A stretch of 64,000 nt of DNA from a virus. Where the stretch lies: the IMG/VR virus record IMGVR_UViG_3300049033_000018, positions 19,638-83,637 of that record. One strand, 5' to 3'. The notes beneath the pieces were generated by a model, which worked only from the letters and a program-made list of their open reading frames with translations, was not told where the DNA came from and made no database searches. Within the stretch, counting starts at the first letter, position 1. Each line of letters starts with the position of its first letter. The position numbers and the translations under genes are program-made. Positions 43,601 through 50,736 of the stretch are shown here, one piece after another.

Positions 43601-43730
43601 CAGATTGAATAACGAATGGACACTTATGGGAATGAGCAAACAATCCAAGAAAGAAAAGGATGAGCAAGCCAAGTATGAAGAAGAATTAGCCAACACGTTT
43701 GGAGGTCCTGATAGAGCAGGAATGAGATAA
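37665..43730 (+). CDS. Giant cargo/ejection protein, 2021 aa, with a degenerate zincin-like motif and C-terminal TM
   Basis: EEVSHFLVE (HExxH-like, degenerate); C-terminal hydrophobic helix LALSALLITVGAFAV; last + strand gene of the cargo cluster. Confidence 0.6.
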   Translation: MNCTITITPSGILQKVSDFNGVESELFKQIASLPYVNNVGEALDIYLKTQTEDYQNSIANAAEKYSITEPVLKFQLGNGQIVDTYFEALAQGAGDIITTGFDVEGDLVPLHSFSSDISPNTLLGKINNLILNNVLSPSKAKVSNEYRLQGSGDNITTISFNNVEALQELNQVEDRFSIERNTLRDKLTDNVLTDYIQEDFITIESNEYPVYNVQYETVVLDNNNQFKVINNVELDSHVNTQTGANLLLDRELNNLIDSEFDSVSTVDVDKILSTKDKSEIQKKLLKILENLGVKVTSLSNYLKTYEQKNGVDPSIEALADITQRVVALAEGGGTIENLSEEVSHFLVEAYNNQDEINSILPTVENSPEWADESNFYFTLYENQGLTGENLRDKVRREILGKIVANSILNRAESTLYSRALGLINNFVNTIRGYFSPNMRTNLNSLVNTITESALEEDKFNNNFSTGTLSDSNFEIFYSAKPSTLTNNLNAAVTLMQKQLGVLQREGTGRGLQMRMDTLRSNIEASDVLKSVSTYLDMVDTIYSDVNRKVKKAIELERNGQKVSPILMGPQAVSADILTTENLAHLSTLRDNLLNYNFTDPADKKRATSLIDKITSYSSDIQTLSGELKNLTTQRGEEMVETLMQDFRLPDDVREAFQVQLNSKLHDVNMLMANFGNMQNASNPILALLSKMVNRMYTTVRNKDLKVYNALAQRLKDLGMIDKLDSLIQRSPEGKLTNYFASVVNYAKFDSAFEAEKVRLYNEALQKDPVTSGLAPIENTIQIGTKDYPGELDLTDDVRRSYNEQMTQWLEDNTETPYNGSFKKLREDMFKAIEDGVTLPDGTKIAMVIPDVVKQQMAEWARRRREIKEPYSVNGIVDYSQMTETERQQLSTIKKERKEASSLIDPLTLEEKTGTELEIARAYQAMNAYYMEQNKGQNKRTISGSLFEALDNFTKGKSGAQLAEGNRGSFDFFNKNSGIAFNEKFWDRVKTNNLKASQKVENFISSNNIVGDEADIMLSQAIRLEKLLSNRSSFLKQFSNPANPSEIDVESMSSAMLTSFKDLEQDIESLYSELNSKMESEGGLTPAIETESTSNEAYLKALSEAIKLQPSLTEMEFMMGHMTALNKNKVTLFNSQYRDFKRTGIIPITGNFKYVTTKLLGLDPKSTNSEIQRAITEYDARGGEALDARFAKSKLLGYFKRFAPKGFAEFYDMLKSGDIVNSQGQNVSFSDVIEDIEKGRNGGESTFEFTTKDGQNVNISQYLSINAEVEWMEDQNPFTNNPNYVKNAPGSQHMGGARQPRIDIYKNDDFIRKYNIDMNAYTSTGKLSSNGTTRENENELQALNLVIENRFEALKNQGLQNSENSFKRPQVRKTTLEHAAAATKGNVIVTAKNALRDGWSNTVDKMLYGETVDGDINSDGRELSNLTVPVLNVRNLENLEDVTEDVLYGLMTHTHNAHLYTERQKVLAKSNQLEQLMLNKQKFIGKEAKNTRAYKWFQDYRKVNLLGVSELNKVEIPLAGKSINLTNFLRSFDAYQGLVNVGLNPAVSITSGTSAFTFSLTESILGDYIPTDSYKWGAKRYMANQPAFMTETGKVEKTSEIYLLGEKFGLFNLTERLNGSKYNQALRTLFKDGIHGAAHTLTEMMTHPYAPTSMYGVLHDFRYVAKPDGSYQLMSFNDFKRISTNEFSTQKELMEAWKLHEDNSIAKNLDTNGGTVNYSDKLKGIWQTMYGDNQEAIDNELEYMENEITSGTENLVSKIDAKMPMYDKSTASRNALLRFALRHREWFSINMQNRWKGQHYNLNTHKYEEGSYISASTYLRDVYKAFEFKSGVSNYKKFREIYDELDSHQQKNIQRVLIDLALSALLITVGAFAVAPIVDDEENKDNWAIQYAGYMYFRLASEQMSVGIAGLPQSKDVIEAPFVAVNSMKELMKPSNYSSDLVERGAYEGHSKLYKLIAKQTFARHYYDTAYGVTQKSDFFRLNNEWTLMGMSKQSKKEKDEQAKYEEELANTFGGPDRAGMR

Positions 43731-43736
43731 AAAATT

Positions 43737-43767
43737 AGCCTACTAGTATAAACTGGTAGGCTTTTTT
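43737..43767. terminator. Bidirectional intrinsic terminator between the convergent arms
   Basis: AGCCTACTAG-TATAAA-CTGGTAGGCT with an A-tract before and a T-tract after; overlaps the last codons of the helicase. Confidence 0.85.
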
Positions 43768-45143
43768 AATATATGGTTGACAGTAACTCTAAGTTTTGTA
43801 TCCATAGGATAGTTTGACGTTACAAGCCAATTAAGGTACCATTTAGGCACTTTTGTTATAATAGTATCCTTGTGTTGCCCAAAGGTCATTATATGGTCTA
43901 AATCAGGCTCCATTGCAGCCTCAACTCTTAATTTCCTTTCGACTAATTCATCAAGGTGTTTTTTTGTTACTTCAGGACCTACTAAAGGAGTTCCAGAAAT
44001 CATTCTATCTTTGTAGAAAACTTCATATCCAATTCCTCTGTGATTCTCAATTGTGATATTATGCATGTCACCAAACTTATTTAAGTTTCCACCATAGTCT
44101 ATAAATAAACCTTGTTTTCCTTCCATAGGTCTTACAAGTCTTCCATAGATTTGATAAAAGACTCCTAAAGAGTTTGTAGGTCTCCCCATAATTACAGTAT
44201 CTAATCCAGGAAAGTCAAACCCAACTACAAGAGCTGAGTGACAAACTACTACTTTAATAATTCCTGATTTGAACTCATCAATAATTCTTTCTCTGTCTTT
44301 AATCTTAGTTTTACCTGAAACTACCTCACACATACTGCCCAGGGCATTTTTCATAGTTTCACAGTTATCCACTGAATCTAAGAAAACTAGAATAGATTTT
44401 CGAGTAGGCATTAATTCTTTAATTCTTCTATAAATCTTGTTGTTGATGTTGTTGGCTTTGTTTCTTGCAACAACAGCATCTTCATCATAGTCAAGACCTG
44501 ACCTTGTAAGTAAAAGACCTGTTGTATCAAAATCATGCTTTTCTAAAGTAATTGGAGCCCAATAGCCTTTATTAACCAATTCAGATATTTGAGTGATATA
44601 AATATAATCATCAAAAATTTTAGGAAAAGTAGCAGGTAGCATACTCAAGGAGGATTCAGGATACCCAGAAGGTCCTTTTTGGTTGGTCAATCTAAATGGA
44701 GTTGCTGTGTATCCTATCTTAAATTTAGGTCCCATATCACTGATAAACCTTTTAAGCATCCCAGCACTCGCATCTGTATTTAAATGACATTCGTCAATAA
44801 CCAAAAGTTTAACTTTTTTTGCTTTAAATTCAGCTCCTAATTTTTCAATACTTTTTAATGAGGCATAAGTTACATCTCCAATTTCTTTTGATTTTAAAGA
44901 AGCAGAATAGATAGATGCTTCTCCACCATATTCAATAAATTTGTTATAGTTTTGTTTTAAAATTTCAATAGAAGGACTTATAATTAAAGCTTTTTGCCCC
45001 CAATCATGAACTAATCTAGCTTGTAATAAAGATTTACCCCCTCCTGTTGGAGTTACATTAATACCAGATTTCTTTCTATTACCTGATATATACTCCATAG
45101 TGGCTTGATGTTGTCTTTCTTGATAATCCCTAAATGTAAACAT
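43743..45143 (-). CDS. SF2 DEAD/DEAH-like helicase (RadD/UvsW-like)
   Basis: PTGGGKS, IDECH, TATPFR, GFDFPGLD and QIYGRLVR motifs; C-terminal MTFGQHKD...YLNWL domain. The start is probably ATG 45143, because the GTG at 45167 lies in a terminator stem. Confidence 0.9.
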   Translation of the reverse strand: MFTFRDYQERQHQATMEYISGNRKKSGINVTPTGGGKSLLQARLVHDWGQKALIISPSIEILKQNYNKFIEYGGEASIYSASLKSKEIGDVTYASLKSIEKLGAEFKAKKVKLLVIDECHLNTDASAGMLKRFISDMGPKFKIGYTATPFRLTNQKGPSGYPESSLSMLPATFPKIFDDYIYITQISELVNKGYWAPITLEKHDFDTTGLLLTRSGLDYDEDAVVARNKANNINNKIYRRIKELMPTRKSILVFLDSVDNCETMKNALGSMCEVVSGKTKIKDRERIIDEFKSGIIKVVVCHSALVVGFDFPGLDTVIMGRPTNSLGVFYQIYGRLVRPMEGKQGLFIDYGGNLNKFGDMHNITIENHRGIGYEVFYKDRMISGTPLVGPEVTKKHLDELVERKLRVEAAMEPDLDHIMTFGQHKDTIITKVPKWYLNWLVTSNYPMDTKLRVTVNHILKKPTSLY

Positions 45144-45156
45144 ACTTTTGCAATTT

Positions 45157-45183
45157 AAAAAGCCCACCGTTTCTGATGGGCTT
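45157..45183 (-). terminator. Intrinsic terminator after the rlpA-like gene
   Basis: Minus-strand AAGCCCATC...GGTGGGCTT plus T-tract. Confidence 0.65.
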
Positions 45184-45187
45184 AGAT

Positions 45188-45532
45188 TTAATTAATCTCT
45201 TCCACAAGTACTTTTATGACACCCTGCTTCAGAGAAGCTATTTGAGAAAAAGCTGCTTTGCTCAAGTCAACGATTTTAGGAAGCTTAAACGGTCCTGTAT
45301 CGGTTACTTTCACCTCAACACTTTTTCTATTCTCCAAGTTTGTGACTCTAATTTTAGAGCCAAGTTTGTACACATTTGATGCACATGTCAGCGCAGTTTG
45401 ATAGAACGTACTTCCATCTGCTGCTTTTCTACCATTATATTTATCGTGGTAGAAGGTTGCCTTCCCAGAATGTTGGGAAAAGGCGAAGGAGAATAACATC
45501 ATACTTAGTACTGTTAAAAATGTTTTTAACAT
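45188..45532 (-). CDS. rlpA: RlpA-like double-psi beta-barrel lytic transglycosylase with signal peptide
   Basis: GKATFY...G...ADG, LTCAS, GSKIRVTNL, VKVTDTGPF and IVDLSKAAF motifs. Confidence 0.85.
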   Translation of the reverse strand: MLKTFLTVLSMMLFSFAFSQHSGKATFYHDKYNGRKAADGSTFYQTALTCASNVYKLGSKIRVTNLENRKSVEVKVTDTGPFKLPKIVDLSKAAFSQIASLKQGVIKVLVEEIN

Positions 45533-45629
45533 ATTTTCGTATTTAGTTATACTGTGTAGACACCAACACTATCTTCTTTTTGAAATCTCAACTGAGAGAC
45601 AGGTGCTTGTTTGTTTATAAAAATAAAGC

Positions 45630-45663
45630 TGCAAATATACGAAAAATATTTGAAACTCACAAG
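45630..45663 (-). promoter_or_regulatory. Bacteroidota-type promoter
   Basis: Minus-strand CTTG (45663-60), 20 nt, TATATTTG (45639-32). Confidence 0.75.
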
Positions 45664-45679
45664 TTTATGATAAAATATT

Positions 45680-46327
45680 TTACCTATTGAAGGGTGCTTT
45701 AGTAGGTTTTGAAAAGGCATCTTCAACACTCCATTGTAATTTATGTAATCTAGCTTGTATTACACCATAATTATAATTTAACCTTCTACACCATTCCATT
45801 ACTGACATGGTTTCTCCGTTTAAAGTTATTAAATGAGTAGATGTTTTATTATTAGCTTGAGTTAAATTATTTGCCCACCTACAATTGTCTTTATTGTAGC
45901 CTTTATTTACATCAATTCGGTCCAAAGTAGTATCTGATGGTCTAGAGCCCATGTCCTCTAAAAAGTTTTCAAACGAGTCTAACCACCGTTGACAAACTGT
46001 AATACCTCTTCCACCATATCTAAAATAAACAGGTGAAGATTTATTAGAGCATCTATTTTTCATAGCATTCCAACTTACATATTCAGGAGTACCATATAAT
46101 CCATGTGTTCTAAATTTGTTTCCTACTAATTCTTTATGTAAACACCCACAAGATTTAGTTCTTCCTGAATTTAAACCATAAGTATTTACTTCTGATATAT
46201 TTCCACATGAGCATTGACATTCCCATTTATTATTATGAAGAAACCCTAAAACAGTTAGTCTATCAAAAACTTTTCCTGTTAAATCTTTCCAAGTTGAAGC
46301 TGTTGGAATTTTATATTTATCATCCAT
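45680..46327 (-). CDS. Free-standing HNH homing endonuclease
   Basis: GKVFDRLTV...WECQCSCG, KSCGC, YGGRGITVC and TLDRIDVNKGYNKDNCRWA. Confidence 0.85.
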   Translation of the reverse strand: MDDKYKIPTASTWKDLTGKVFDRLTVLGFLHNNKWECQCSCGNISEVNTYGLNSGRTKSCGCLHKELVGNKFRTHGLYGTPEYVSWNAMKNRCSNKSSPVYFRYGGRGITVCQRWLDSFENFLEDMGSRPSDTTLDRIDVNKGYNKDNCRWANNLTQANNKTSTHLITLNGETMSVMEWCRRLNYNYGVIQARLHKLQWSVEDAFSKPTKAPFNR

Positions 46328-47021
46328 TTTTTATTTTTTCTTGTAATAAAGCTTTGACCTTATCCTGAAATTCTTTATCAGTCTTATAACTTCCTGTAAA
46401 ATATAATTCAGGTTTTGCTTTTTTAGGTAATTCAAGTTGACTTAAATCCCATAACCATTGGTCTTCTTTACTTCTAGTAGGATTTACAAAAAATCCTGTA
46501 GGTAAATTAAACTTCTTTGTGATTAACTCAAAGAGACGGCTATCTTTTAAATTATAATGAATGGAAAAAGCTAAAGATTGACCTTTCCAAACTAGATTAT
46601 CCAGTCTCATTACAAAATCGTTACCATCAACATAGTCTTCAACTACTTTTTTGATAGCATTTGGACCAAACCCAGTTTCTTCAATGAACCATATTAGTCT
46701 CTTTTGAATTTCTAAATGATTTCCTGTTTCCTTAGAGTGGTAGTCATAAAGCTTAATAAGGTCAGTAACAAGTTCTCCAATATCATCAGTAAGACCTTTA
46801 GTAGAGAGAGCATCTAGGAAAGCTTTTCCATTCTTAGAGAGTCTTACTCCAATATGAGGTTCTTTTTCATTTTTAAGGAAAGTGATTAAATCCAGTTTTT
46901 CATATTTACTGAAATCTTTTCCTTCTAACAATGCACTTTCTTTCTGATTTATTTGAATTAAGGTATTCAAATCCTCAAAAGTTAATTCCTTTTGAAATAA
47001 TAGTCTATAATTTATGAACAT
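46320..47021 (-). CDS. Hypothetical replication-associated protein
   Basis: Complete ORF co-transcribed with DnaB; the N-terminus may be winged-helix-like; function inferred from position. Confidence 0.4.
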   Translation of the reverse strand: MFINYRLLFQKELTFEDLNTLIQINQKESALLEGKDFSKYEKLDLITFLKNEKEPHIGVRLSKNGKAFLDALSTKGLTDDIGELVTDLIKLYDYHSKETGNHLEIQKRLIWFIEETGFGPNAIKKVVEDYVDGNDFVMRLDNLVWKGQSLAFSIHYNLKDSRLFELITKKFNLPTGFFVNPTRSKEDQWLWDLSQLELPKKAKPELYFTGSYKTDKEFQDKVKALLQEKIKNG

Positions 47022-47023
47022 AA

Positions 47024-47392
47024 TTAAAATGGTGCTTGATGTTTTTTGTATTGATTTCTGTACCTGTCTTTAGAGTTATCCTGTAAAGTACCAAGAAGAA
47101 TATTCTTTTTACTATTATCTAGTGAGTTATCATTCTTATGTCTAACAACTAAACTTTCTTTAAATGTTCTTCCTTTATACTTTTGATAAGCTTGCAGCCG
47201 ATGAACCATTATATTGGTTGCTTTCCCTTCATAACACACTGAGAACCTATGATAAGGTTTACCCAGTGTGATTACTGTTTGCAGTTTACGTTCTCTACCT
47301 TGGTACTGTACTTTGGTACCACAATCTGAAACTCTGTATCCTTTGTTATAAGCTTCTTTTATTGCCTCGTTTCTTTTTCCAATAGTTTTCAT
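47024..47392 (-). CDS. HNH endonuclease (HNH_3 type)
   Basis: VHRLQAY...VVRHKNDNSLDNSKKNILLGTLQDNSKD. Confidence 0.85.
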   Translation of the reverse strand: MKTIGKRNEAIKEAYNKGYRVSDCGTKVQYQGRERKLQTVITLGKPYHRFSVCYEGKATNIMVHRLQAYQKYKGRTFKESLVVRHKNDNSLDNSKKNILLGTLQDNSKDRYRNQYKKHQAPF

Positions 47393-47398
47393 TTTCTT

Positions 47399-48535
47399 TT
47401 ATTTAAAAGGGTCATCTTCCTCCTCTATGTCATACCTTCCAAAGATTTCAGGAGTAGCATCAAATTTAGGTAGCTCTCCATAGTCTTGATAAGTAGTGAC
47501 CATACTTGGTTTTAATTCTGATTTTTGTAGTGGTTCAATCCATAAGTCCAATACACTTTGGTTTTCATCCTCTCTTAATTTAATAAAGTGATAGAAAATC
47601 AATCCTTTAGTTTTAAAAGTAGATGATTTTTTATCAGGAGTGTTTTTATACTGATTAAAAATAGTGTACATATCAGGGTAAACTACCATATGGTCTGTTA
47701 ATCCTAATTTAAACGGATTGTGTACTACTAAGATAACATCTGATAGTTGATACAAGAAATCTGATTGATAAAGGTCACCTTTTCTTGGAGCACTGTGTTT
47801 AGCGTTATCTCTTGATTCAATCTCTCTGTTTAACTGAGAAAGAATAATAAATGATACATTATTGTATTTATTCTTTAAGTAATTAATATGTTCAATCAAA
47901 TTGTCAATAGCATCCTTTTTACCTGCATAAGTCTGTTTTACAAGAGCAATATGGTCAATAGTAATTACAATGTGTGTCTTGTGCTGATTGGCTATGATAA
48001 AAGCTTCAACAACTTTAAACCATGTTTCAGGGTCAGTTGGATTCTGAAAGTATTTAATTCTTGGGTCAGATTCTCTTTCTTTGATTGCATTGAACATATT
48101 TTGTTCATCTTCAGTAAAAGGATTTGTACCAAGTAAATCAGAAATCTTTTTGTCTAAGTGATTCTTTAAAGCTCTAAGAAAGAGTTTAAAGACTGACATT
48201 TCATAATTATTTTTAAGAACAACATAATTGTCACAGTCAGGGTTAAGTTCCTTGTTAAGAATATCATCCTCCAATTCTTGCATTAAAGTTGTTTTACCAT
48301 GTCCAGAGGAACCAGCAATACCAAATACAGTTCCAGGAAAAAGTCCTCCTAATAATGCTTGATTAACAAATTGTTTTTTAAACTTAATTGGTTTTAGTTT
48401 ACCTGACTTAAAATCAAGAATTCTATCAGCAGCCTCTTCAACAAGTTCTTTAGCATCAAAAATGTATTTGGTTTGGGGCTTTACAACATCATTTGGATTT
48501 AATAAATCCGCCAACAATTCTTCATTTCTATCCAT
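47399..48535 (-). CDS. dnaB: DnaB-like replicative helicase
   Basis: Walker A GSSGHGKT, ITIDHIAL, LSQLNR and DLYQSD motifs. Confidence 0.9.
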   Translation of the reverse strand: MDRNEELLADLLNPNDVVKPQTKYIFDAKELVEEAADRILDFKSGKLKPIKFKKQFVNQALLGGLFPGTVFGIAGSSGHGKTTLMQELEDDILNKELNPDCDNYVVLKNNYEMSVFKLFLRALKNHLDKKISDLLGTNPFTEDEQNMFNAIKERESDPRIKYFQNPTDPETWFKVVEAFIIANQHKTHIVITIDHIALVKQTYAGKKDAIDNLIEHINYLKNKYNNVSFIILSQLNREIESRDNAKHSAPRKGDLYQSDFLYQLSDVILVVHNPFKLGLTDHMVVYPDMYTIFNQYKNTPDKKSSTFKTKGLIFYHFIKLREDENQSVLDLWIEPLQKSELKPSMVTTYQDYGELPKFDATPEIFGRYDIEEEDDPFK

Positions 48536-48777
48536 TATTGTATCTTGATTAAATTATTATTAAAAGAAACTAAAACAACATTGAACTTAACATCATAATA
48601 GTTCTGTATCATTTCGAAAATATGCTGTTTCTCAGGACCTGGAATTAACCAAGATGTAAAGTGAAACATAAAATCGTGAAAGGTTCCTTGAAAGTTTGCA
48701 ACCTCTTTAATGGCTTCATATATAATCTCCATTGCGAGGTTATTAGCCCTATAGTATATGTATTGTTCTCTTTTCAT
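48535..48777 (-). CDS. Hypothetical protein
   Basis: First gene after promoter 48782; TAATG-coupled to dnaB. Confidence 0.6.
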   Translation of the reverse strand: MKREQYIYYRANNLAMEIIYEAIKEVANFQGTFHDFMFHFTSWLIPGPEKQHIFEMIQNYYDVKFNVVLVSFNNNLIKIQ

Positions 48778-48779
48778 AG

Positions 48780-48813
48780 TGCAAATATAGTAAAAATAAT
48801 TGAATTGACCAAA
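48780..48813 (-). promoter_or_regulatory. Bacteroidota-type promoter
   Basis: Minus-strand TTTG (48813-10), 20 nt, TATATTTG (48789-82). Confidence 0.8.
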
Positions 48814-48831
48814 TATTTAACATTGTTTAAC

Positions 48832-48863
48832 AAAAAAGAGGTAGATTTTAACGTCTACCTCTT
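48832..48863 (-). terminator. Intrinsic terminator after groEL
   Basis: AAGAGGTAGA-N8-TCTACCTCTT perfect 10-bp stem plus minus-strand T-tract. Confidence 0.85.
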
Positions 48864-48891
48864 CATTACAACAAACAATTAATAATTAATG

Positions 48892-50520
48892 TTATGATGG
48901 TAAACTAAAGTCTACAGCTTTTGAATCATCCCCATCATAATTTATAGTACATCCTGTAGTAAGTAAGGTACCAGCTACTGATACAGCATTTATAAGTGCC
49001 GTCTTAGTTACTAATACAGGGTCAATAATACCTTGTTTAAATCCATCTTTAAATGTTTCAGACATTACATCTACAACAATGTTTTTGGACTTATTTAAAA
49101 TTTCTTTTTCGAATTGAGCAGCATCTAGTCCAGCATTCATTAGAATCTGTCTAAATGGGACCTTAATTGCTTTAAGCAGAACTAGTCTACCTTTAGTAAC
49201 ATCTCCAGAAGATTTAGAAAAATCACTTCCTTTGAAACCTTTGTCTCCAATTCTTAATAAAGGAGCTCCACCACCAGGAATAATTCCATCAAATAAAGAA
49301 GATTTAACTGCATTTACTGCATCTTCTACTCTATCTTTAAGTTCTAATTTTTCAACATCAGAGTAACCTCCAACTTTGATAACTACAACTCCACCTCTGA
49401 TTCTTGCGTATCTAGTTTCCTGATACTCTTTCATTTCCTCATCAACAGCATGTTCAATTCTTTCTTTGATGTTTGCTACTCTTTCAGCAATAGTGCCTAC
49501 ATCACCTGCTCCACCTATAATCGAGGTTTCATCTTCTCTGGCAATAAATCTCTTAGCCTTACCTAAATGAGTTTCATTAACTTCAGAAAGCTTTATACCT
49601 GTTAAATTACTTACAAATTTACCCCCAGTTAAAATAGCAATATCTTCCAAGTAATCTAATCTTCTGTCTCCAAATTCAGGAGCTTTAACAATTGCAACCT
49701 CTAGAGCCCCACTTAGTTTATTTCTGATGATAATTTCCTCAACTCTAATGTCAATATCTTCACATATAATTAGAAGAGGTTTTCTTTTAGAAGCAACAAA
49801 ATTAAGAACTCCTTCGATTTCTCTTTCATTATCAATAAGGTAATCACAGATAAGAACATAGGCATCTGAGTAATCAGCAGTATTCTTAGCATTGTTTACA
49901 TAGAATGGGTTGTTGTACCCTCTGTTAAAAGAAATACCTTCCATTTTTTTGTAAGAGGATTTAGCTGAGTTATTTGCAAGCTCAATAGCTACGTTTCCTT
50001 CCTTACCAACTTCTTTGTAAACATCTGTTACCAATTGAGCAACGTCTTTATCTCCGTTAGCAGAAATTAAAGCTACTTGATACATTTGATTGTCATTATC
50101 AACTGAAGTTTTGTATTTGTCTAATTCAGCAAGAACCTCTTTAAGTTGAAGATTTAATCCTCTTTGTAGCATAATAGGATGAATGCCATTTTCTACAATT
50201 TCCTTTTTACCATACTGAAATATAGCATTAGCTAAACTAATAGCTGTAGTAGTTCCATCACCAGCAATATCATTAGTTCTTAAAGCTACACTTTTAATAA
50301 GAGTACAAGCAATGTTTTGTACAGAATCTTTTAAGATAACTGATTTTGCTACTGTAACACCATCTTTGGTAATATGAGGTAAAGATGAGCCATAACTATC
50401 TTCTATTAAGACATTCTGCCCTTTCGCCCCCATTGTAATTGTTACTGCATCATTAAGTGTTTGTACTCCAAGCCCAAGTCTATCAAGAGCATCTTGTTTA
50501 AATAAAATTTGTTTTGTCAT
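48892..50520 (-). CDS. groEL: Phage chaperonin GroEL
   Basis: TMGAKGQNV, ITKDGVTVAK, AGDGTTTA, KAPEFGDRR and GIIPGGG motifs. Confidence 0.97.
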   Translation of the reverse strand: MTKQILFKQDALDRLGLGVQTLNDAVTITMGAKGQNVLIEDSYGSSLPHITKDGVTVAKSVILKDSVQNIACTLIKSVALRTNDIAGDGTTTAISLANAIFQYGKKEIVENGIHPIMLQRGLNLQLKEVLAELDKYKTSVDNDNQMYQVALISANGDKDVAQLVTDVYKEVGKEGNVAIELANNSAKSSYKKMEGISFNRGYNNPFYVNNAKNTADYSDAYVLICDYLIDNEREIEGVLNFVASKRKPLLIICEDIDIRVEEIIIRNKLSGALEVAIVKAPEFGDRRLDYLEDIAILTGGKFVSNLTGIKLSEVNETHLGKAKRFIAREDETSIIGGAGDVGTIAERVANIKERIEHAVDEEMKEYQETRYARIRGGVVVIKVGGYSDVEKLELKDRVEDAVNAVKSSLFDGIIPGGGAPLLRIGDKGFKGSDFSKSSGDVTKGRLVLLKAIKVPFRQILMNAGLDAAQFEKEILNKSKNIVVDVMSETFKDGFKQGIIDPVLVTKTALINAVSVAGTLLTTGCTINYDGDDSKAVDFSLPS

Positions 50521-50541
50521 TTTTATATATAATATTATTAA

Positions 50542-50733
50542 TTATTTTTTTGGTTTTACTCTATATTCTACACTAGTAATCCAATTAGGGTCTTTTCCTT
50601 CTTTTATATCATGCCAAGGACCCTCTTTGATTCTGAATTGAATTTGTTCTCCGTTTGCCCAGGCTTCAATTTCTGTCTTAAACTTTAAATAAGCTTCCTT
50701 TGTTAAAGGGTAGCAATCTTCATGTAGTCCCAT
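50542..50733 (-). CDS. Hypothetical protein
   Basis: 63-aa ORF filling the thyA-groEL gap; AWANGEQIQF...W...P.W...EYRVKP pattern seen in small phage proteins. Confidence 0.6.
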   Translation of the reverse strand: MGLHEDCYPLTKEAYLKFKTEIEAWANGEQIQFRIKEGPWHDIKEGKDPNWITSVEYRVKPKK

Positions 50734-50736
50734 ATA

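Noticed and set aside
45533-45625. tRNA or known ribozyme in the rlpA leader
   Set aside because: No T-loop, D-loop, CCA or hammerhead core; kept only as a putative structured leader.
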